This document shows, piece after piece, positions 55,130 through 61,955 of a stretch of 64,000 nt of DNA. Within the stretch, counting starts at the first letter, position 1. Each line of letters opens with the position of its first letter. The notes under the pieces are model-generated. The model did no database searches and was not told where the DNA came from. It was given only the letters and a program-made list of their open reading frames with translations. The stretch comes from a virus, in IMG/VR virus record IMGVR_UViG_3300009193_000002, one strand, 5' to 3'. Both the position numbers and the translations under genes were made by a program.

Positions 55130-55734
55130 ATTATCCAACGAAAAACACCTGTTTTTGGTATGTATTCAGATACGTATCAAAAACGTGTTTTTTTCGCGCA
55201 AGCGAATAACAAAAAACTTCTACAGCCCACAGCCCACGCCGTACGCCGTTATATGTAGGTAGTGATAATTGACCGCGAGCTTCATAAATCGGGGTGTGTA
55301 CGATTGAAAATAATCGCCACGTTTTTGCAGGTGGTTTTTAGGGGTTATTTCACTGTGTTTATAGCCAGTAGTTTGTCCCACTAAGAATACAAGTTAGGTC
55401 AGCCGTGGGCTGTAGACGTGTTTTTGTTTTTAGGCGGGGTTTTTAGGCGTTGGTTTTAGGTTTTTTAGCATTCTAGGCATTTATTTTTGCTTATTTTGAG
55501 GTTTTTTCGCTAAGTGGTTGACGTAAAAGAAAAAATTGCAGGCCGTTTTTTGCCCTACGCCTTCAGCCGAAGTCGCCGCCGATAGCCTAAATTAATCGTT
55601 TTACCCTAAAAAATATACAAACTAAAAACACTATTTTAGTTTCTTAATTAATAAAACCGATTTTATTCGGCCTTATTCATTAATAAATTAGATTGGATTT
55701 CGCAAATCACTTGCGATTAAACTAGCCTCAAGTT
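55130..55734. promoter_or_regulatory. non-coding repeat-rich region: iteron-like T-tract/AGG array, inverted repeats, AT-rich tract (ori/cos/regulatory candidate)
   Basis: No credible ORF. (G)GTTTTTAGG(CG) units at 55333 and 55426-55478. ACGTGTTTTT at 55183 and 55416. TCTACAGCCCAC inverted at 55218 and 55405. AT-rich stretch at 55600-55700. Confidence 0.6.
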
Positions 55735-55750
55735 GGGGGCACATGCCCCC
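55735..55750 (+). terminator. hairpin GGGGGCACATGCCCCC (loop flipped relative to most copies)
   Basis: Upstream of the GGAAATTGACGATG block of gene 55773. Confidence 0.5.
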
Positions 55751-55772
55751 TACTACATACTGGAAATTGACG

Positions 55773-56144
55773 ATGATATACAACTTTAAAGAAAGAGCAT
55801 TCGAGCTAGAATGCTTTAATCTAGCGACCTGCAAAGGTCAAACCATTCAAATTCGCGGTTTAGCTGAGCAATACAAAACCGTTCGAAACATACTGGCTGT
55901 TTACCCTCATTTGTGCGATGCCCTCTATCAACGTGGTTATAGAGTAATCGACAAACCCGAGAGTAAATTCAGAAAAATAGCCTCATCGCCGTTGGTCGAC
56001 ATTCCCATCGTTGCCCCTGCCCGACCGTTGCTATTTGATGCCACAAAATACGCCTTATTGGACGAAATCTTTTGGAATGTTCACGCCCTTATTCCACTGG
56101 AAGTCCAACGCCCTACGTCGCAAACAGACGGCCAACTTAACTAA
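55773..56144 (+). CDS. hypothetical protein
   Basis: Motif ATG. 123 aa. No motif recognised. Confidence 0.55.
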   Translation: MIYNFKERAFELECFNLATCKGQTIQIRGLAEQYKTVRNILAVYPHLCDALYQRGYRVIDKPESKFRKIASSPLVDIPIVAPARPLLFDATKYALLDEIFWNVHALIPLEVQRPTSQTDGQLN

Positions 56145-56497
56145 TGGTTTTGGCGGTTAGACAGCGATTGCGGCTTGGACTACCTAAAACACTGACTTTT
56201 GCACATGCAAAAATAATGGATTTTGGGCTAAAAACTTGCAATGCCTTCCCTTTGGATTTTAACTCTACTCTAGCCCAGTACTGGCGTTGCCTCCATAAGT
56301 TTGTCCCACTGAAAAAAGTTATTAATATACATTATGTTCTTTTAATAAATTTTTGGGTGGGACAGAACGAAAGAGCTAAAACCCTATTTTTACAATTTGG
56401 CGTAAAATTAATTTACCCACTTGAAGCTGATGATTTAATCAAGGGGGAATATGCATTGTGGGGCTGCGCCCTCATTTCGCCCAGTTTCAAGGCGTAG
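56144..56497 (+). CDS. doubtful ORF (region may be regulatory or RNA-coding instead)
   Basis: No RBS block. The odd L/F/K-rich translation overlaps operator-like repeats and an AT-rich promoter-like tract. Confidence 0.2.
   Translation: MVLAVRQRLRLGLPKTLTFAHAKIMDFGLKTCNAFPLDFNSTLAQYWRCLHKFVPLKKVINIHYVLLINFWVGQNERAKTLFLQFGVKLIYPLEADDLIKGEYALWGCALISPSFKA
56298..56368. promoter_or_regulatory. inverted pair of GTT(C)TGTCCCAC sites flanking a 47-nt AT-rich tract
   Basis: AGTTTGTCCCACT (56298-56310) and GTGGGACAGAAC (56357-56368). The same 13-mer occurs at 55370-55382 and GTTCTGTCC at 56518-56526. Confidence 0.5.
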
Positions 56498-56580
56498 AGA
56501 CGTAACACCTCAATGCCGTTCTGTCCGGCAGCAAATGACAGAAATTTAGTGTAACTATATGATTTACAAGGAAATTGACG

Positions 56581-56742
56581 ATGAAAAATTACGTAAATGT
56601 GCTCGATATTCAGTTCAAAAATATGTTCGGGGAAGACCTTTTTCCTGAAGATTTGGAACTTGAGTGCGTTCTAACCGACCTGAGAGACGATTTAAGCGGA
56701 TATAATTCTGACGAGGTAGCTCAGGATGGAATTCTAATTTGA
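56581..56742 (+). CDS. small highly acidic protein (53 aa), absent from the ORF track
   Basis: Perfect AAGGAAATTGACGATG block. Translation MKNYVNVLDIQFKNMFGEDLFPEDLELECVLTDLRDDLSGYNSDEVAQDGILI has 13 D/E against 3 K/R. Confidence 0.55.
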   Translation: MKNYVNVLDIQFKNMFGEDLFPEDLELECVLTDLRDDLSGYNSDEVAQDGILI

Positions 56743-56825
56743 TGCGCTTACCGTTCGATATGAAACCCTAATTCGCGCTATAAAATGCTCACTTCAACTA
56801 TTCAAATACACTTTTAGGAAAAACA

Positions 56826-57041
56826 ATGAAAAATATAGACGTTGAAATATTACGTAAAGACCACGGCCAAAAATTCAATTCTTTGATGGATAGAGACGAC
56901 TGTTATCGGCTATTGATTGACCAAACTTTGGACGGTGCTCAGTGTCAACAATTAGACACGGCGATTCGAGTTGGTTCGAAATATACGTATGAAAACCGAT
57001 TTGTGCGTTTCACTTTTAACCCTACTCCAGAATTACACTAG
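56826..57041 (+). CDS. hypothetical small protein
   Basis: AGGAAAAACA then ATG. The stop TAG merges into hairpin 57041-57055. Confidence 0.5.
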   Translation: MKNIDVEILRKDHGQKFNSLMDRDDCYRLLIDQTLDGAQCQQLDTAIRVGSKYTYENRFVRFTFNPTPELH

Positions 57042-57075
57042 GGGCATGTGCCCCCTTTAAGGAAATTGACGATGA
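57039..57075 (+). repeat. 37-nt junction unit copy 1: TAG-GGGCATGTGCCCCC-TTTAAGGAAATTGACG-ATGA
   Basis: Identical 37-mer at 57039, 57513 and 57978. Confidence 0.9.
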
Positions 57076-57515
57076 ACAAAAAAGAAGAATTACAAAATAA
57101 CCGTGCGAAGTGGCTTGCTGCTTTGCGTTCGGGTGACTATTCACAGGATACTGGCCAGCTGCAAGGGGGTGATGGTTTTTGCTGTTTAGGTGTGGCTTGT
57201 GATGTCTTTCAAAAAGAGACAGGTTTGAAATTACCCGTAAACCAGTTGGGTTATATCGCGGGAGGGTCTTTATTTTCGTATGAAGATGAAGACCTTGGCG
57301 CAGATTTTGTTTCTCCTAGTGAAGTTCAGGAGTGGTTGGGTTTACGCCATCGAGCGGGTGAATTTGAACAGAAAGTGTTAGATGGTTTAGGCCTAATCCC
57401 TGAGTTACACAAGCATGTTCATTCACTGGTTAGTTTAAATGACACGGCTCTAATGACCTTTGAGCAGATTGCTGATGTTATTGAAGCCAACCCTGCTGGG
57501 TTATTTGAAGAATAG
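57072..57515 (+). CDS. conserved-Cys phage protein, paralogue A (ALRSG-Y-Q...CCLGV family)
   Basis: NRAKWLAALRSGDYSQ..GFCCLGVACDV...SLVSLNDTALMTFEQIADVIEANPAGLFEE. Paralogous to the next gene. Confidence 0.65.
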   Translation: MNKKEELQNNRAKWLAALRSGDYSQDTGQLQGGDGFCCLGVACDVFQKETGLKLPVNQLGYIAGGSLFSYEDEDLGADFVSPSEVQEWLGLRHRAGEFEQKVLDGLGLIPELHKHVHSLVSLNDTALMTFEQIADVIEANPAGLFEE

Positions 57516-57549
57516 GGGCATGTGCCCCCTTTAAGGAAATTGACGATGA
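57513..57549 (+). repeat. 37-nt junction unit copy 2
   Basis: Identical to 57039-57075. Confidence 0.9.
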
Positions 57550-57980
57550 AAGATATTATACCACACCCCACGCCTGTAGAAATGAAAGCGAACCGCCAGA
57601 AATGGGTGGATGCTTTGCGTTCTGGCAAATACCAACAGACGACTAATTGCTTGAATAATGCGAGGGGCCATTGTTGCCTTGGCGTATTGGCTGAAGTTTA
57701 CGAGCAAAAAACGGGTGACGAACTGCCCCGAGATAAGAGTGGTTTTATTATTGGCTCGGGTCTAATTCATACTGATATGTATGGTTGGGCCTTGCGAAAC
57801 GTGGGTGTCTGGGTTGGTTTGCAGACGGACATGGGGTGTTTTTTCAATGACCAAAAAATCCCTATTATGGGGTATGACACTCAAGGTTCGCTGGCTAAAT
57901 TAAACGACCAGTACCGTATTGAGTTTTCAGCGATTGCGGATGTGATTGAATCCGAACCCAAAGAATTATTTATTGAATAG
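57546..57980 (+). CDS. conserved-Cys phage protein, paralogue B
   Basis: NRQKWVDALRSGKYQQ..GHCCLGVLAEV...SLAKLNDQYRIEFSAIADVIESEPKELFIE. Confidence 0.65.
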   Translation: MKDIIPHPTPVEMKANRQKWVDALRSGKYQQTTNCLNNARGHCCLGVLAEVYEQKTGDELPRDKSGFIIGSGLIHTDMYGWALRNVGVWVGLQTDMGCFFNDQKIPIMGYDTQGSLAKLNDQYRIEFSAIADVIESEPKELFIE

Positions 57981-58014
57981 GGGCATGTGCCCCCTTTAAG
58001 GAAATTGACGATGA
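57978..58014 (+). repeat. 37-nt junction unit copy 3
   Basis: Identical to 57039-57075. Confidence 0.9.
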
Positions 58015-58274
58015 GCAGCAAAAAATACATGAAATATATTATCCGTCGTTTGGATATGCCACCCAGCATAATCGAAATGTTTCTGGCTAATTTGAACCGT
58101 GCTTATGCCTCTGGTGATGTCTTCGTTATGGAGGTCGTTATTACTAACCTTCACGTTGAATACATAAGCTCTGGCACACAAAATCGCCGCACGTTTTTAC
58201 GTGGTGATCACAGTGACACCCATCGAGGCGTTCGCCTCTATTGTTTTGATGAGGAGAAAGCTTGTGGCCTTTAA
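58011..58274 (+). CDS. hypothetical small protein
   Basis: Motif ATG. 87 aa. Confidence 0.5.
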   Translation: MSSKKYMKYIIRRLDMPPSIIEMFLANLNRAYASGDVFVMEVVITNLHVEYISSGTQNRRTFLRGDHSDTHRGVRLYCFDEEKACGL

Positions 58275-58506
58275 ATACGAAGTTGATTACGTTGTTGCTG
58301 GAGCGACAGGCAGCAATCAATTATTTGAGACAAAAAAAGCCGCTAAAAAGTGGATAGCCGAACTCGTTCGAGCTTGGCGTGATGATATTCGTGACAATAA
58401 ATCGTGGAGCGGTTGGAAGGTTGACTGTTCAATCCAAAATTCTCGCAAGCTCTATCACCCTGTTTTCGGTTGGACTGAGATGGTGACGCTACGTGATTAT
58501 AAGTGA
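58249..58506 (+). CDS. hypothetical small protein (start uncertain; the track start 58201 is GTG)
   Basis: In-frame ATG at 58249 overlaps the previous gene's end. Basic/aromatic 85 aa. Confidence 0.4.
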   Translation: MRRKLVAFKYEVDYVVAGATGSNQLFETKKAAKKWIAELVRAWRDDIRDNKSWSGWKVDCSIQNSRKLYHPVFGWTEMVTLRDYK

Positions 58507-58539
58507 GCGTACACTAAAGTTTACAGATAGATTATTTCT

Positions 58540-58556
58540 GGGGGCATGTGCCCTCC
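58540..58556 (+). terminator. hairpin GGGGGCATGTGCCCTCC (imperfect family copy)
   Basis: After the stop at 58506. The next start block lies 60 nt downstream. Confidence 0.5.
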
Positions 58557-58616
58557 AATTACTGGCCGTTTCGGTCGCCGTTTACTGAGGTTTAATTATC
58601 TCTAAGGAAAAAGACG

Positions 58617-59648
58617 ATGTTTGATTATATAGATATGAGCGAAGCTGAGCTCAAAGAAAACTTTGATTTGAATTTTAGGTCTGAGTTTGACCCGACTGGG
58701 AAATTCACGATTGAAGTTGGCCCTCATGTGTTGAGGGGTGAAATTGAGCGGGATGTTTATCATGAGCCTGACTCTGAAGAATTGAGCATGGAAGATAATT
58801 TGTTCAAAGTCCTGAGTTTTACCGGTAACTATTCTATTGGCCATACACATGGCTATGAAAAAAATAACCGCTTTGAAATGATTGCTCAGTTAGTTTCTGA
58901 GTATGATCAAGCCGCTTATGACCGCTGGGAATCGAGTGACCAGAATCCATCTGACTATGACAAAATACTGGTTAAGTTTGATAAATATTATATCCACAAG
59001 CCAGTGTATGTTTACGAACACTCAGGCATCACCATTTCAACGCAGCCTTTCAGCTGCCAATGGGATTCGGGCACACTTGGGATTGCTATATGTGCCAAAG
59101 ATGAATATATCAAAGCGTATGGCTTCCCTCGTTTAACGGCTAAACGTACCGCTGATGCCATGGCGCATTTAGATAGCCAAGTGCAATATTTTGACGACTT
59201 GATACAAGGCAACGTCTACGGCTTCACGGTTGAGCTTGATGACGTTTGTCAGGATTCTTGCTGGGGTTTTGTGGGTAATAATTCTAGTGTTCGGGGAGAA
59301 TTAAAAGCCGCGTTGTTTTATTACTGGGCTGAAGTTAAATCTCGTTATGTGGTGCTCGAAAAGCACTGGGCGAAATATGAATCCTTGTGTGAGCTAGAGG
59401 ATAAAGCACAGACCAGTGACGTGCCTTTGAAATTAGCTGAGTATATCAGGATGAAAGAAATCGCCGATGAAATTTATGAGGCTGAAGAGGATGCAATTCA
59501 CACTCTTTTAGAGTCTCTGATGCAGCCTGAGCGATTAAAAATTGCGGTGCTAACACTGGCTCAGAATAATCAAAAAGAGGTTGCTGAGTTGCTAGTAGGG
59601 CTGGCCACGGCCAAGAAATCGCAAGCGTTGGCACAAAACACTTATTAA
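58617..59648 (+). CDS. hypothetical protein (VYVYEHSG...CQWDSGTLG...GNVYGF...DSCWGFVG motifs)
   Basis: Start at AAGGAAAAAGACGATG. 343 aa. The motifs are conserved-looking but not assignable by eye. Confidence 0.6.
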   Translation: MFDYIDMSEAELKENFDLNFRSEFDPTGKFTIEVGPHVLRGEIERDVYHEPDSEELSMEDNLFKVLSFTGNYSIGHTHGYEKNNRFEMIAQLVSEYDQAAYDRWESSDQNPSDYDKILVKFDKYYIHKPVYVYEHSGITISTQPFSCQWDSGTLGIAICAKDEYIKAYGFPRLTAKRTADAMAHLDSQVQYFDDLIQGNVYGFTVELDDVCQDSCWGFVGNNSSVRGELKAALFYYWAEVKSRYVVLEKHWAKYESLCELEDKAQTSDVPLKLAEYIRMKEIADEIYEAEEDAIHTLLESLMQPERLKIAVLTLAQNNQKEVAELLVGLATAKKSQALAQNTY

Positions 59649-59656
59649 CTAATTAA

Positions 59657-59672
59657 GGGGGCATGTGCCCCC
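59657..59672 (+). terminator. hairpin GGGGGCATGTGCCCCC
   Basis: Followed by GTAAGGAAAATTGACGATG. Confidence 0.6.
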
Positions 59673-59688
59673 GTAAGGAAAATTGACG

Positions 59689-59937
59689 ATGAATACCATT
59701 AAAACAGTAGGATTTTTTGCGACAGAAACAACCATTAAACATATCATTCGAAAGTTTAAAAACTGGGGTGTGGTTGTTGAAAACCCACTCTATCAAGAGA
59801 TTTACGTGGATATTGTTCGAATGAGAGGCACGTATATCAATAAAAATGAAACGCTTTTCGACCAGTTAATTACAGAGCTGTGTGGTCAATACCCTGACTT
59901 AGCCGACGACGTAGAATTTTTAGTGATCACTGAATAG
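59689..59937 (+). CDS. hypothetical small protein
   Basis: Motif ATG. 82 aa. Confidence 0.6.
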   Translation: MNTIKTVGFFATETTIKHIIRKFKNWGVVVENPLYQEIYVDIVRMRGTYINKNETLFDQLITELCGQYPDLADDVEFLVITE

Positions 59938-59948
59938 GAAATTTGACG

Positions 59949-60719
59949 ATGACAACAACAACTTTAAACAAAACAGAAATGGCCAAGCATGACTTGGTAT
60001 TGGGACTTTATCAGGTCGGTAATTTTTTACAGCGTGCTGATGCTATCCGTTATTTAACGGGTACTGATTGCCGCCTAAGTCTAACGACTGAGGAAAAATT
60101 TTGGCTGCACGAAAAATTGCGAAATGATGCTTTTGGGTACGGCATGAAAGCCTTTCGAACCATGGAATTTTCAGACTTCTTGAGATTTGCAGGTAAATCA
60201 CTGATTGAACAAGCGGATGATTATGCTGACCGCAATCAACTGGAAATTAAAAAAGGGGTTCGAAAGGTGCCGAAGACGACCTCGAATATGTTTGCGTATT
60301 TTCAGGATTGTTTTAAATCCTATGCCACATATGAAAAGGCCGCTAAGGAGATGAACCACAGCCAAAAACAAAGCTTTGATTGGCACTTTTCTGGTTTACA
60401 TGATGTTGGCCAGCTGGTTTTTCATGTCAAGAATTTTATGCGAGTTCGTAACACCCTACTTACTAACACGGGCTTTCGTAGACTTGAGAAAGTGTTGTTT
60501 GAGCCGATGATGGGCGGCAATTTGGATTGGTGGCGCAAAGGCTATCCTTGCGATGTTCTAGTCTGGGATGTGCAGCACTTTGAAAGCGGCGACACGGGAA
60601 AATTGAAGTATGTGGTCAATACAAAATATTGTGCGAGTCATATCATGGAAGCGCAGACCATCGACAACCACTTGAAAGCCAGTGGAAATTCACAAGATTT
60701 TAAGGAATTTACAGCATGA
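59949..60719 (+). CDS. hypothetical protein
   Basis: Start at AGGAAATTTGACGATG. 256 aa. Confidence 0.6.
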   Translation: MTTTTLNKTEMAKHDLVLGLYQVGNFLQRADAIRYLTGTDCRLSLTTEEKFWLHEKLRNDAFGYGMKAFRTMEFSDFLRFAGKSLIEQADDYADRNQLEIKKGVRKVPKTTSNMFAYFQDCFKSYATYEKAAKEMNHSQKQSFDWHFSGLHDVGQLVFHVKNFMRVRNTLLTNTGFRRLEKVLFEPMMGGNLDWWRKGYPCDVLVWDVQHFESGDTGKLKYVVNTKYCASHIMEAQTIDNHLKASGNSQDFKEFTA

Positions 60720-61384
60720 ATATTGGCAATATGAAACGGTTTTTAACGTATTTGGAAGCACTTCCTGAAAATTATGAACACTTCGATATGTATCAGTATT
60801 GCAATAAGCATGATGACCCTCATGACTTGCTTGCGTACCGTGGATCGGAACCGTTGGAGTGCGGGCATGTGCTTTGTTTGGCGGGGCACATGGCAATGTG
60901 TAGCGACCTCCCCGCTCCCATGGAAATGGAAGCATGGTCACGTTATTCATGTCGGGTAATGGGGTTACTTAAGATTGATAGCGGGGTGTGGACATTTTTG
61001 TTTGATTCGGCTTGGAAGACCTTCGACAACAGTTTGTCAGGGGCAATTGGGCGCTTAAAAGCGGTGATTGCTGAGCCTAACCAAGACGTTTACGGTTGCT
61101 ATCATTATGATTCGGGGACTCAAAGAACGGCAATGGCTTACTGGGTTCGAGAGGGTGAGCATTTTGAATCACCCGTGTCTGATATTGATAAAGCCATTAT
61201 TGAGTTAGGCGATAGCTTTTTTCATGAGCCAATCACGGTCTCGCTGATAAATGGTTCAAAGGATGAATTGCGAGATTTTGTTTCGCTTAAAAGTTTCGAC
61301 ATGTTTGAGGCGACTGACCCTGAAGAGCTTTGGGACACAATCATAGAAATCGCTAACAAAATGGTAAAGTTTAACAACGAGTAA
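60716..61384 (+). CDS. hypothetical protein (Cys/His-containing, LECGHVLCLAGHMAM)
   Basis: ATGA start/stop overlap with the previous gene suggests translational coupling. Confidence 0.6.
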   Translation: MNIGNMKRFLTYLEALPENYEHFDMYQYCNKHDDPHDLLAYRGSEPLECGHVLCLAGHMAMCSDLPAPMEMEAWSRYSCRVMGLLKIDSGVWTFLFDSAWKTFDNSLSGAIGRLKAVIAEPNQDVYGCYHYDSGTQRTAMAYWVREGEHFESPVSDIDKAIIELGDSFFHEPITVSLINGSKDELRDFVSLKSFDMFEATDPEELWDTIIEIANKMVKFNNE

Positions 61385-61392
61385 TTAAATCA

Positions 61393-61408
61393 GGGGGCAT
61401 GTGCCCCC
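61393..61408 (+). terminator. hairpin GGGGGCATGTGCCCCC
   Basis: Followed by CGTAAGGAAATTGATGATG. Confidence 0.6.
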
Positions 61409-61424
61409 CGTAAGGAAATTGATG

Positions 61425-61634
61425 ATGTTTGAAATAACGAAAGACCAATACGACAAAGCGATTGCTGAAAGCGAAAACTTTGAGACGCTGGAAGAAGCCC
61501 ACTCCGAAGGGTTTGTGTCGGTAAATTCTCGAACGGATGGCACGATAATTTCTATTCAAGTTGATACCAAAGAATTTGAATGGGTTGAGCGTCGTAACGA
61601 TATGTTATCAACGCTCTATTACGGTTCACGATAA
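61425..61634 (+). CDS. hypothetical small protein
   Basis: Block variant GGAAATTGATGATG. 69 aa. Confidence 0.55.
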   Translation: MFEITKDQYDKAIAESENFETLEEAHSEGFVSVNSRTDGTIISIQVDTKEFEWVERRNDMLSTLYYGSR

Positions 61635-61647
61635 GGAAAAATTGACG

Positions 61648-61923
61648 ATGACTAATAAACCTAGAAAGTTTCGAGGCTTGGAATACTCGTTAAACAAGCA
61701 AGATTTTTATCATGCTTGGTTAAATACAAAAAAAGAAACTTGGGCGACCGTTGGCCCTCAAGCTAAGATTATTTTAATTGACCTGTTAGAAATGGCGGAA
61801 AGTTTCGGGGAAGAGTCCGCCAGAAAGTACCACGATGAGTTGGAGTTAATCTTGCCCAACCACTACAAAGCCGCTGAAGCAGAGGCTTACACAAAAGATT
61901 ACATTTTAATTAAACTAAACTAA
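61648..61923 (+). CDS. hypothetical small protein
   Basis: Start at AAGGAAAAATTGACGATG. The track's longer ORF from 61561 overlaps the previous gene. Confidence 0.55.
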   Translation: MTNKPRKFRGLEYSLNKQDFYHAWLNTKKETWATVGPQAKIILIDLLEMAESFGEESARKYHDELELILPNHYKAAEAEAYTKDYILIKLN

Positions 61924-61926
61924 CGA

Positions 61927-61941
61927 GGGGCATGTGCCCCC
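61927..61941 (+). terminator. hairpin GGGGCATGTGCCCCC
   Basis: Followed by AAAGGAAATTGACGATG. Confidence 0.6.
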
Positions 61942-61955
61942 AAAGGAAATTGACG

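Noticed and set aside
55426-55478. Short tandem T-tract/AGG repeats considered as a CRISPR-like or minisatellite array.
   Set aside because: The units are 8-13 nt long, degenerate and lack spacers, so this is not CRISPR architecture. It is treated as iteron/bent-DNA-like instead.
53870-55718. Exact 10-mer ACTTGCGATT at 53870 and 55709 flanking gene 54265-55104, considered as paired operators.
   Set aside because: About one chance 10-mer match is expected even within the ~1.7 kb of non-coding DNA, and thousands of pairs in the whole window. It is not significant alone.
57048-58274. The ORF track's N-terminal extensions such as MPPLRKLTM, MTM, MELTM and MCPRLPLELTM suggest longer proteins that share a conserved N-terminal peptide.
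   Set aside because: These arise from GTG/TTG/ATG codons inside the conserved hairpin and TTGACG block being read in frame. The real starts are the ATGs at the end of the block, so the shared peptide is a nucleotide-motif artefact.
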